Positions 55,019 through 64,000 of a stretch of 64,000 bases of DNA are shown here, in pieces. Position 1 is the first letter of the stretch; every line of letters begins with the position of its first letter. Source of the DNA: an uncultured delta proteobacterium. GTDB lineage: Bacteria; Myxococcota; Kuafuiibacteriia; Kuafuiibacteriales; Kuafuiibacteriaceae. The stretch is taken from contig CAWDML010000008.1 in assembly GCA_963803435.1 (NCBI GenBank), positions 704,001 through 768,000 of the forward strand, in the 5' to 3' direction. Made by a program: the position numbers and the translations under genes. The notes under the pieces are model-generated. The model made no database searches, was not told the DNA's origin, and was given only the letters and a program-made list of their open reading frames with translations.

Positions 55019-58000
55019 TCAGCCTCGTGGGATTCGGACCGTGAATGCGGCCCCGCCGTCGGGGCGGTTGGCGGCCCGGACGATGCCGCCGTGGGCGGTG
55101 ACGATCGCACGCACGATGGTGAGCCCGAGCCCGCTGCCCCGGACGGCTGGCTGCGCACCGCCCCGGTAGAAGCGCTCGAAGGCCTTCTCCTCCTCGCCGA
55201 TGGGGAGCCCTGGCCCGCGATCGCCGATCTCGATCTCGACCTCCGTCCTCTTGATCTGCGCGGTGATCTGGATCGGAGTCTTCGGCGGGCTGTACTTCGC
55301 CGCGTTGTCGAGGATCTGCGCGAGCGCCTCCTCGAAGAGCGCGGCGTCGACCTCGACCTCGAGCCCCGCGGGAAGATCGAGCGCCACCTCGTGCCCGCTG
55401 AGCGCGGTCTCCTCGGCGAGGAGCGCCGCCTCGACGATCGCCTCCAGCGGAGCCCGTCGCTTCTCCAGGACCCGCATGCCCGACTCGATCGAGCCGAGCT
55501 CGAAGAGATCGGCGACCAGCTCGGTGAGCCGGTCCGCATCGCGCCGGATCGACTCGGCCGCCGCCCGCTCGGGCGCGCCGAGATCTTCGCGCTCCAGCAC
55601 CTCCGAGGCGGAGCGCCGGATCGCGGCGAGCGGCGTCCGAAGATCGGCCGAGAGCGCACCGATGAGGGCGCTCCTGAGCCGTCCCGCCTCCTCCGACACG
55701 CGGGCCCCGGTCGCCTGTTCGGAGAGGAGCGCGCGCTCGAGCGCCAGCGCCGTCTGAGCCACCAGGGTCTCGAGGAGCTGCGACTGGAGCGGCGTGAGCG
55801 GCGCACCTCGACGTGCGAGGGCGATGCCGAACACGCCGAGCATCCGCGTCCCGATCATCGGCAGATAGAGCCCTTCGCAGGCCGGCAGCGTGGTGGTCCC
55901 GCGGCCCGCGGCCCGGCCATGCTCGAAGACCCAGCGCGCGACCGCAACCTCACGATCGGAGCTCATCAGCCGCGAGCGGTCGCCTCCTCTCGAGACGAGC
56001 TCGCCCCCGGGATCCGGGAGGAGAAGCGCCGCCTCCGTCTGCAAGCTGTCTTGCGCATGGTGGAGCGCGGTCCTCGCGATCTCCTCCACCTCGGTCTGCA
56101 TCAGCAGATCCTTGCTCATCGCGTAGAGGGCGGCGGTCCGGCGCTCCCGCTGCCGTCCGATCTCCGCCTGCTCCCGGATCCGCTGCGTCCGGCTGCTCAC
56201 GAAGAGCGCAGCGAACGCCAGCAGGGCGAACGCCAGGTTGTAGCGTACTTCCATCAAAGAGAAGCGCTCGGTCGCTGGTACGAAGACGAGGGCGAGCATC
56301 GCGGCTGCGGCCAGCGCGGCTACCAGCGAAGGAGCTCGCGCGAGCCGGCTGGCAGCGAGCAGCACGCCGAACAGGTGGATCATCAGCTCGTCGGAGAAGT
56401 CGAGGCGGGAACGGAGCGCGAACCCGATCGCCGAGCTCGCGAGGACCAGCGACATCGCGACGAGGTAGTGTCGCAGCCTGGCGTGCGGCCGCTCGGGCCG
56501 CCTCGGCTCCGGGATCTCCGGCGAATCCTCGCCGGTCGTGATGACGACATCGATCGGACCGGACTTCCGGACGAGATCGCGGACGATCGATCTCCGGAGT
56601 CGATCCCACCAGCGCTCCTCCGTCGGCTTGCCGACCACGATCCGGGTGACGTTGCGCTCCCGCGCCACCGCCAGGATCTCGTCGATGATCCGCTCTCCGT
56701 GGACCACCAGAGTCTCGGCGCCGAGGCGCTCCGCCAGCTCGAGGTGCTGGGCGACCATGTTCCGTTCTTCCGCGGGGAGAACCTCCAGCGCGGGGGTCTC
56801 GACCGACATCGCGAGCCAGGGCGCCCGCGCCGTGGTGGCCATCCGGAACGCGGTGCGGATCAGGTTCGCCGACTGAGCGCCGGGGCCGATCGCCACCAGT
56901 ATCCGCTCGCGCGTGGCCCAAACCTCGCGGACGCCGTGGGCGCGCTTCCACTCGGCGGCGTCGGCATCGACGTGCTCGGCGGTGCGGCGCAGCGCGAGCT
57001 CGCGCAGCGCGATCAGGTTCCCTTTCTGGAAGAAGCTCTGGACCGCGCGCGCCGCCTGGCCGGGTAGGTAGACCTTCCCCTGGCGCAACCGCTCCTGGAG
57101 GTCCTCCGGCGAAAGATCGACGAGCTCGATCTCGTCCGCCCGCTCGACGATGGAGTCCGGAACCGTCTCCTTGACCACGACACCGGTGATCTCGGCGACG
57201 ACGTCGTTCACGCTCTCCATGTGCTGCACGTTGAGCGTGCTGTAGACGTCGATGCCGGCGTCGAGCAGGTCCTCCACGTCCTGCCACCGCTTCGCATGAC
57301 GCACGCCCGGTGCATTGGTGTGGGCGAGCTCGTCAACGAGGAGGAGCTGCGGCCTCCGCGCGAGCGCGGCATCGAGATCGAGCTCCTTGAGCGAGATTCC
57401 GCGGTAGAGGACCTCTTGGGCCGGGACATGCTCGAGCCCCGCGATGAGCGCCTCGGTCTCCTTGCGCCCGTGTGTCTCCACCCACCCGATCACGACGTCG
57501 ATCCCTTCGCGCTTCCTGGCACGCGCCGCTTCGAGCATGGCGTAGGTCTTTCCCACGCCGGGCGCCGCCCCGAAGAAGATCTTGAATCGCCCGCGGGTCG
57601 GCGCGCTCTCGGCCGCCGCTCGGGCCAGCATCTCCTCGGGCGTCGGGCGTCGCTCCTCCACCGTTACCTCTCGGGCTCCGGCGGACGAGCCCGATTCCAG
57701 CGCCACGGATCGACCGACGAGAGATTCGAGCTGCGTCGGAAGCACCACCATCGGGATGCCGAGGTACTGGAGGCGACGCTGGATCAGGAACGCCGTCTCG
57801 TTGTGGAGAAGCCGGTGCCACAGCGTGTCGTCCTCGAAGTTGAGCTGGCCGCCGACGACCGTCGCCTTCGGGTACCGTTCGACCAGCGCGCGGATGACCT
57901 TCTCGGCTTCCGCGGGGACCTCGGCCCCGGTCGCGGTGACAGCCATCGATCGGAGCCCGAGCATCGCCGCGAAGTCCTGGTAGCGATCGAGCGCCTCCCT

Positions 58001-59704
58001 CGCCCGCTCCTCGAGATCGCGCAGCTTGTGGATGCCCTTGAAGATGCCGGTGTCCACGACTGCGATCGACACGAAGATGACGCCCTTGAAGTGGCCGGGG
58101 AAGGTCCGCAGGAGCGTTACCAGCGTCTTCCGCCCGAGCGGGCTATACCCGCCCACGAACAGGATGGCGGTCGGCTCCGCCGGATCCGGCTCGCCCGGAG
58201 GCGCCTCGCCGAGCAGGTCCTGGTACTGGCCCTTCGCCCGCATCCCCACCTCGGGACCCGGGAACTCGACGTCGAGCAGATCGATCGCCCAGCCGACGAG
58301 CTGGTAGTGCCGTTGAACGAACATGCAGAGCGCGACCACGCCGAGTGTCGTGACCAGCGTGACCCAGCCTCCCTGAGACAGCTTCTCGTAGGTGGCGATG
58401 ACCAGGATCGTCCCGGACAGCAGCGTCGCGACGCCGTGGATCACCGTGTGCCGCTTCCATGCTCGGAACCGGTGACGGAACCAGTAGATCACCATCGAGA
58501 CGTTGGAGAGGGTGAAGGTGATGAAGACGTTGATCGCGTAGACGATCACCAGCTTCTCCACGCTCCCTCGCGTGTAGATGACCGCTGCTGCGGCGGCCAA
58601 AGCCATCAGAGTGACGCCGTTCCGCATGGTGAGGCGATCGGAGAGGGCGGCGAATCGATGCGGGAGCCAGGAATCGTTCGCCATGTTGGCCATGACGCGC
58701 GGACCGTCGACCAGGCCCGCCTGCGCCGCGATGAAGAGGATCGCCGCCTCGCTGAGGAGTGCGATGATCAGGAAGGCGTTCCCGATCTCGAATCCGCCGA
58801 TCCGCCATCCGTACGACACCCTCTCGATCAGGACGGCGTTCATCGTCTTGCCCGCCTCCGGCCCGACGTTCAAGAGGAGATAGGCGACCACGATTCCGCT
58901 CGCCATGAACGCGAGCGAGGTCGCCATCAGGAACATCGTTCGCTGCGCAGTCTCGACCTTCGGCTCGGCAAGCGTATGGACGCCGTTCGAGACCGCCTCG
59001 ATCCCCGTGTAGGTGCCACCGCCGAGCGCGTAGGCCCGCGCGATCAGGTGGAGCGTCCCCGCCAGCCCGAGCGTTGCCGCGGTGCTCCGCACCTCCCCTC
59101 CCACCCGGGTGGCGAGCTCCGGGATCTCGAGGGCGTGGCCGCCGACCGCCAACGCGACCACCGCGACGTGCGTGACGAGAAAGGCGACGAAGATGGGCGT
59201 CACGAAGAGCACCCGCATTCCCCGCATGTTCGCCAGACTCAGGATCAAGATCCCGACCAGCGCCAAGAGCACCTTGCTCTGCTGCAGATCACCGGAGAGG
59301 AAGCTGAGCACAGCGTCGGTGCCGGCGGCGCTCGAGATCGCGATCGTGAGCACGTAGTCGACCAGGAGCGCGGCCCCGGAGATCACGCCGATACGGGGCC
59401 CAAGTATTTTGGAGGCGACGAGATAGCCCCCTCCGCCCCCGGGAAACTGTTCGATGATGCGCGAGTAACCGTACGAGATGACGAACACCGTCACTGCGAT
59501 CGCGAGCGCGAGGAAGACAGCCAGGCCCTTGTGCGCTCCGAGCGCCCGAAAGGCCTCCGCCGGTCCGTACGCCGTCGACGAGAGACCGTCGGCACCGAGC
59601 CCGACCCATGCGAGCAGCGCGACCAGCGAGACCCGCTGGAGGGCCTCGGGCTTCGTGAGGTCACGCGGTTTGCCGAAGAGGAATCGGCGCAGCCGCCCGA
59701 GCAT
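55019..59704 (-). CDS. APC/KimA-like permease (aa 1-~660) in frame with a full-length KdpD-like sensor lacking the H-box His (from 57661)
   Basis: GADGLSSTAYG, YTGIEAVSNG, LLHNETA; then GAAPGVGKT, VDELAHTN, Usp, TM, GAF, SADLRTPL, DNAAKY, GSGLGL. Confidence 0.85.
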   Translation of the reverse strand: MLGRLRRFLFGKPRDLTKPEALQRVSLVALLAWVGLGADGLSSTAYGPAEAFRALGAHKGLAVFLALAIAVTVFVISYGYSRIIEQFPGGGGGYLVASKILGPRIGVISGAALLVDYVLTIAISSAAGTDAVLSFLSGDLQQSKVLLALVGILILSLANMRGMRVLFVTPIFVAFLVTHVAVVALAVGGHALEIPELATRVGGEVRSTAATLGLAGTLHLIARAYALGGGTYTGIEAVSNGVHTLAEPKVETAQRTMFLMATSLAFMASGIVVAYLLLNVGPEAGKTMNAVLIERVSYGWRIGGFEIGNAFLIIALLSEAAILFIAAQAGLVDGPRVMANMANDSWLPHRFAALSDRLTMRNGVTLMALAAAAAVIYTRGSVEKLVIVYAINVFITFTLSNVSMVIYWFRHRFRAWKRHTVIHGVATLLSGTILVIATYEKLSQGGWVTLVTTLGVVALCMFVQRHYQLVGWAIDLLDVEFPGPEVGMRAKGQYQDLLGEAPPGEPDPAEPTAILFVGGYSPLGRKTLVTLLRTFPGHFKGVIFVSIAVVDTGIFKGIHKLRDLEERAREALDRYQDFAAMLGLRSMAVTATGAEVPAEAEKVIRALVERYPKATVVGGQLNFEDDTLWHRLLHNETAFLIQRRLQYLGIPMVVLPTQLESLVGRSVALESGSSAGAREVTVEERRPTPEEMLARAAAESAPTRGRFKIFFGAAPGVGKTYAMLEAARARKREGIDVVIGWVETHGRKETEALIAGLEHVPAQEVLYRGISLKELDLDAALARRPQLLLVDELAHTNAPGVRHAKRWQDVEDLLDAGIDVYSTLNVQHMESVNDVVAEITGVVVKETVPDSIVERADEIELVDLSPEDLQERLRQGKVYLPGQAARAVQSFFQKGNLIALRELALRRTAEHVDADAAEWKRAHGVREVWATRERILVAIGPGAQSANLIRTAFRMATTARAPWLAMSVETPALEVLPAEERNMVAQHLELAERLGAETLVVHGERIIDEILAVARERNVTRIVVGKPTEERWWDRLRRSIVRDLVRKSGPIDVVITTGEDSPEIPEPRRPERPHARLRHYLVAMSLVLASSAIGFALRSRLDFSDELMIHLFGVLLAASRLARAPSLVAALAAAAMLALVFVPATERFSLMEVRYNLAFALLAFAALFVSSRTQRIREQAEIGRQRERRTAALYAMSKDLLMQTEVEEIARTALHHAQDSLQTEAALLLPDPGGELVSRGGDRSRLMSSDREVAVARWVFEHGRAAGRGTTTLPACEGLYLPMIGTRMLGVFGIALARRGAPLTPLQSQLLETLVAQTALALERALLSEQATGARVSEEAGRLRSALIGALSADLRTPLAAIRRSASEVLEREDLGAPERAAAESIRRDADRLTELVADLFELGSIESGMRVLEKRRAPLEAIVEAALLAEETALSGHEVALDLPAGLEVEVDAALFEEALAQILDNAAKYSPPKTPIQITAQIKRTEVEIEIGDRGPGLPIGEEEKAFERFYRGGAQPAVRGSGLGLTIVRAIVTAHGGIVRAANRPDGGAAFTVRIPRG

Positions 59705-59752
59705 GATCGTGGCTCTCGCACTCCAGGGGATGAATCAAGCGCGGTCGCTCCT

Positions 59753-59789
59753 CTTGATGGTTTCTTGATACCAGCAGCGCCGACTTGAT
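59753..59789 (+). promoter_or_regulatory. CTTGAT direct repeats upstream of the porin gene
   Basis: CTTGA at 59753, 59764 and 59784. Confidence 0.55.
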
Positions 59790-59862
59790 GCTGCGCTGAT
59801 GTGTCCGGGACGAGGATGAGGGCCGAGCTGCGGCGACACCCACCGCGTGCTCGGCATCCGTC

Positions 59863-60220
59863 ATGCTTCTTCCACACGCATCTCTGTTCGTTCTCGGCCT
59901 CGCGCTTCCGGCCCAGGAGAGCAACACCTCCAGCGCAGCGCCTTCTTTCTGGGACGGCCTGGGCGGACGCGCCTTCGTCGACGGCTACTATATGAAGGAC
60001 TGGCTTTTCCCGTCGGACGGCCAGGACGTCGAGGCATCGGTACCGCACCGCGCGTTCGCCCATGCCAACGGATTCGCGCTCTCCTTCGTTGGAGTCGACG
60101 TCGACTATCAGGGCGAGTCGTTCGGCGCGACGCTGAACCTTCGCTTCGGCCCGTCGACACCGCGCCTCTTGATCGGATCACCACCCGCGCGCAACCTCGC
60201 GCTCGAGAACCTGAAGCCAC
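59863..60220 (+). pseudogene. 3'-truncated outer-membrane beta-barrel porin (BBP2/DUF1597-like)
   Basis: Signal peptide, FVDGYY, RAF...NGFALSF, GATLNLRFG, LENLK, then it runs into trkH antisense. Confidence 0.6.
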
Positions 60221-61365
60221 CTCGTCGATCTGATCATCGCCGTCGTCGTCAGGAACAGGACGGGTGCGCTCGACCAGTCACCGATGTTGCTGGTCTGCCA
60301 GCCGGTCGTGCTGATCGCACTGATGAACTGGAAGAGGCCCACACGGACCGGATCGGGCACGATCCGCTCGTTGGCGAGGAGGAGCGAGAGCACGGGAACA
60401 CCGGCGCATGTGAGGATGAGCAGAGTCCGGACCTGAGCGTCCGCCCACAAGACTCGCAGGCTCCGCTTCTGCACGACCCGGTAATAGAGCGGGATGGAGA
60501 CGGTCCCGAGCAGCATCGGCGGGATGTGGAGGAGCTCCATGCCGTACGAGTGGTAGCCGGCGATGCTGTCGTCGAGCGTGCTGAAGCCCCCGGTTGAGAG
60601 TCCCGCCATCGCATGGTTGATGGCGTCGAAGATGGTGGGCTCCCAACCGTAGTCGGGGAGGATCAGATACGTACCGATCACGAGGTACAGGAACGTCATC
60701 AACGTGAGTGCGATGTAGACCCGCCAGATCGCGCGCGCGGTGCCGACGATGGTCGGGCGCAGCTTCACGCCGGTCGACTCCGATCCATAGAGCACGAGAC
60801 GGCTGACCCCGCCCGGTCTCCGCAGCACCGCGAGCGAGAGCACCACCACGCCGACGCCACCGATGAACTGGGCGAAGTGCCGATAGAAAAGGAGGCCCTT
60901 GCCGATGCTCGGCTCGTGGACCGACATGGTGAGACCGGTCGTGGTGTAGGCGCTCATGCTCTCGAACCAGGCGTGGAGCGGGCGCGCCAGGTACATCAGG
61001 CTGGAGGCGTAACGCTCGCCGGGCGGGACGTAGCCGGCGGCGATCCGCGCGGGCGTCAGGTGGGCGGTGAGGAGGAAGGGAAGGGCGCCGATGATCGTCA
61101 CCGTCATCCAGCCGGCGCTCGCGATGATCAGGGCGTGCTGCTCCTTCAGCTCGCCGGCGTCGCGGAACCACCGATAGAGGCCCCCGCCGAGAAGGCAGGC
61201 GAAGAGCGCGGTGATCAGGAAGGCGACCGCCGTGAAAATCTCGCCGTAGAGCAGCGAGATCAGCAGCGGCACCACCATCGACGTCCCGATGATGACGACG
61301 AGCGCTCCGATGTCGCGGATGACCGAGCGGAGGCCCGCGGGTCCGAGCATGATGAGCGATCGCAC
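60178..61365 (-). pseudogene. trkH: TrkH K+ uptake protein, 3'-truncated
   Basis: FESMSAYTTTG, STGGFS, STTGW; breaks off at TTTAMI, before the expected GST.GGIK motif and last repeat. Confidence 0.8.
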
Positions 61366-61396
61366 CGCCCGGCCTCGATCTGTACCGGGCCTCGGA

Positions 61397-61445
61397 TCAG
61401 GGACGTATCAGGAGTCGCGGTGGTGGTATCAAGAAGCCATCAAGA
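61397..61445 (-). promoter_or_regulatory. CTTGAT/CCTGAT direct repeats upstream of trkH
   Basis: Plus-strand TCAGG at 61397/61408 and TCAAG at 61429/61440. Confidence 0.55.
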
Positions 61446-62135
61446 GCTGAGCCGATAGCCGACGCCGAGCTCGGTGAGCAGCAGCTCCGGCTGCGCCGGA
61501 TCCTTCTCGATCTTCTTCCGCAGCTCCGCCACGTGGACGCGGACGTGGTGGTTCTGTCCGGTGTGCTGCGGGCCCCAGACCTCCTTGAGGATCTGACGAT
61601 GGGTGAGCACCCGCCCGGCGTTTTCGCCGAAGAGGACCAGCAACTTGTACTCGATCGGGGTCAGGTGCACCGATTGTCCGTGGACCGTGACCTCTCGGCG
61701 TGAGCGATCGATCATCAGCGGGCCGGCCTCGATCACCGGGCTCTCGGCGGCCGACCCGCCCTCGCGCGCATGACGCAGCGCCACACGGATCCGCGCCAGC
61801 AGCTCCTTCACGCCGAACGGCTTGGTGAGGTAGTCGTCCGCGCCGGCGTCCAGCGCTTCGACCTTGTCCTCCTCCCGCCCGCGCGCCGAGAGCACGATGA
61901 TCGGCACGCGCGAGAAGCCGCGGAGCTCGCCGACCACCTCGAGGCCGTCGCGATCCGGGAGGCCGAGATCGAGCACGATCAGATCCGGGTTGTGGCTGGT
62001 GGCGAGCTGCATGGCCTGCTCGGCGGTCTCCGCCTCCAGCAGCTTGTAGCCGTGCGAGCCGAGCGACGCGCGGAGGAAGCGGCGCATCTGAAGCTCGTCG
62101 TCGACGATCAGGATGAGGAACGGGGGGTCGTTCAC
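61440..62135 (-). CDS. kdpE: Response regulator KdpE
   Basis: IVDDE, LDLGLPD, DYLTKPF, wHTH VLTHRQIL..VWG, TELGVGYR. Confidence 0.93.
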   Translation of the reverse strand: MNDPPFLILIVDDELQMRRFLRASLGSHGYKLLEAETAEQAMQLATSHNPDLIVLDLGLPDRDGLEVVGELRGFSRVPIIVLSARGREEDKVEALDAGADDYLTKPFGVKELLARIRVALRHAREGGSAAESPVIEAGPLMIDRSRREVTVHGQSVHLTPIEYKLLVLFGENAGRVLTHRQILKEVWGPQHTGQNHHVRVHVAELRKKIEKDPAQPELLLTELGVGYRLSS

Positions 62136-64000
62136 GATCCCTCCAGCTCGATCGAAGGTTGCTCGCTGGGGACGGGGAGGCGAAGCTGGAGCATCGCCCC
62201 TCCGCCGTCGCGATTGGCGGCTGTGAGCGTGCCGCCGTGGGCGTCTGCGATCGCGCGACAGATGGAGAGGCCGAGGCCGACGCCGTGAGGGCCGGCGCGG
62301 GGGCCGCGCTGGAAGCGCTCGAAGGCTCGCTCCTCGTAGCCTGGCGGGAAGCCGGGGCCTCGGTCCCGCACCTCGAGCACGACCTGCTCGCCTTCGCGAA
62401 CGCCGACGATCTCGATGGGCGTGCCGCGCGGGGTGTGCTTTTCGGCGTTCTCGAGCAGGTTCACGAGAAGCTGCTCCATGAGGATCGGATCCACGAGCAG
62501 CAGCGGCAGATCCTCCGACAGCGTGGTGGTGACGGTCCGGCCGGCCAGCGCGCTCCGCAGGCGCGTGAGGGCGCCGCCGACCAGCTCGATCGGGGGCACC
62601 CACTCGCGCTTGAGCGCGATCGCGCCGGACGCGAGCCTGGTCATGTCGAGCAGGTTCGAGACGATGTGCGCCAGGCGATCGGCGGCGTCACAGATGGTCT
62701 CGACCATCTCCGACTTCAGCGCAGGCTCGAGCTCCGGCTCGTCGCGCAGGGTGGTGGCGGCGCCGGTGATCGACGCGATCGGTGTCCGGAGATCGTGGGA
62801 GACGGACGAGAGCAGCGTGCTCCTCAGCTCCTCCGTCTTCGCCCGCAACGCCGAATAACGGGCCTTCTCCACCAGCTCGGCGCGCTCTATCGCGAAGGCT
62901 GCCTGCCGGCAGATCGCCTCCAGGAAGCTGCGCTGATCCGCGGTCAGGGGCTCGTGCTTCGCGGGGAGGAGCGCGAGCACGCCGATGGGCGCGGAGGCGG
63001 TCGAGATGGGCGTGCAAAGCGCTCGGGAGCCGGACAGGGTGTCGGTGCTGAAGCCTGCCGGGCGACCGTGCTCGACGACCCACCTCGCGACGGCGTGGTC
63101 GGGCGTGGCGAGGTCGGTCCCTGGGGGGAAGCCGGCGATCTCGACGATCTCGTTCATCGTGCCGACCTCAAACACGACCACGGCGGCCGAGAACGCTTCC
63201 GCTGCGTACTTCGCGGTGATCTGGGCGGCCTCGCCCAGGTTGACGGCCGATCCGAGCGCGCGGCTGAGCGAATAGAGGGCAGCGGTTCGCTCCTCGCGGC
63301 CCACCGCGTCCCGCTGCTGCCGGCGGATCCGGAGCGCCAGCGTGCTGATCAGGATTCCGACGGCGAACATCATCGCGAACGAGAGGAAGTATCTTCCGTC
63401 GGCGACCGTGAATGTATAGCGCGGCGCAACGAAAAAGACGTCGTACGCCGCCACCGAGAGCGCGGCCGCCATGATCGAGGGCCCGCGGCCGAACCAGATC
63501 GCCGTGACCATGATCTCGAGCAGGTAGAGCATCTCGATGTCGGGGATCTGGAGAAAGGTCTCTGCGGCGGCGGCCAGCCCGGTCGTGAGCAGGACCAGGG
63601 CGGCGGCCCATCCGTACGCGGGCCCCCGTTCGGGCTCCGCTGCGCGCCGCGGGCGCTCATTCGCCTCCTCATCCTCGACGTCGCCCGAGATGACCAGTAC
63701 GTCGATGTCTCCGCTCTTCTGCACCAGGCCCTCGACCAGGGATCCCCGGAGCCGATCGAAGAGGCGGAAACGGGTCGGTTTGCCGGCGATGATTCGCGCG
63801 ACGTTGTTCCTGCGGGCGTAGTCGAGGACGGCATCGCTCACGCGGACCCCCGAGAGGCGCACCACGGACGCGCCGAGGGACTCGGCGAGCCGAAGGTGCT
63901 CCTCGAGCCGCGCTCGATCGCCCTCACTGAACGCGCGCACGCCTGATGTCTCGACGTAGGCGGCGATCCACTCAGTCCGTAGGCCTGCAGCCATCCTCCG
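62132..64000 (-). CDS. kdpD: Sensor histidine kinase KdpD (5' end lies outside the window)
   Basis: Usp, 4 TM, GAF, intact SHDLRTP, NLLENA, GVGLGL; overlaps the kdpE start. Confidence 0.92.
   Translation of the reverse strand, partial: RRMAAGLRTEWIAAYVETSGVRAFSEGDRARLEEHLRLAESLGASVVRLSGVRVSDAVLDYARRNNVARIIAGKPTRFRLFDRLRGSLVEGLVQKSGDIDVLVISGDVEDEEANERPRRAAEPERGPAYGWAAALVLLTTGLAAAAETFLQIPDIEMLYLLEIMVTAIWFGRGPSIMAAALSVAAYDVFFVAPRYTFTVADGRYFLSFAMMFAVGILISTLALRIRRQQRDAVGREERTAALYSLSRALGSAVNLGEAAQITAKYAAEAFSAAVVVFEVGTMNEIVEIAGFPPGTDLATPDHAVARWVVEHGRPAGFSTDTLSGSRALCTPISTASAPIGVLALLPAKHEPLTADQRSFLEAICRQAAFAIERAELVEKARYSALRAKTEELRSTLLSSVSHDLRTPIASITGAATTLRDEPELEPALKSEMVETICDAADRLAHIVSNLLDMTRLASGAIALKREWVPPIELVGGALTRLRSALAGRTVTTTLSEDLPLLLVDPILMEQLLVNLLENAEKHTPRGTPIEIVGVREGEQVVLEVRDRGPGFPPGYEERAFERFQRGPRAGPHGVGLGLSICRAIADAHGGTLTAANRDGGGAMLQLRLPVPSEQPSIELEGS

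Noticed and set aside
59705-59860. c-di-AMP (ydaO) riboswitch upstream of the APC permease
   Set aside because: Expected conserved segments not found; the region is explained by the CTTGA repeats

Overview
High-GC bacterial DNA with myxobacterium-like gene content: Ser/Thr kinases, PEGA/TPR and FG-GAP lipoproteins, ECF sigma factors and a large multiheme cytochrome. From left to right: (1) a kinase-FG-GAP-TPR/PEGA operon facing an ECF43-type sigma factor, which is divergent from a CDC-like cytolysin lipoprotein and a metallophosphoesterase-GH114 fusion; (2) a rhodanese lipoprotein whose reading frame continues through an in-frame TGA followed by a hairpin (candidate selenoprotein), convergent with a ~30-heme cytochrome c; (3) a mixed accessory region containing nhaA with an nhaA-I riboswitch, a decayed IS5-derived element carrying a four-helix-bundle passenger gene, and many gene fragments; (4) a sulfur module in which an ECF sigma-zf-HC2 fusion sits between two near-identical promoters; (5) a K+ transport cluster: kdpFABC, an APC/KimA-like permease in frame with a His-less KdpD, a truncated porin and TrkH, kdpE and a second, intact kdpD, with a recurring CTTGA direct-repeat operator. 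Several single-base frameshifts suggest sequencing or assembly indels, so the fusion and pseudogene calls need read-level checking. All product calls come from motif recognition by eye; no database search was run.
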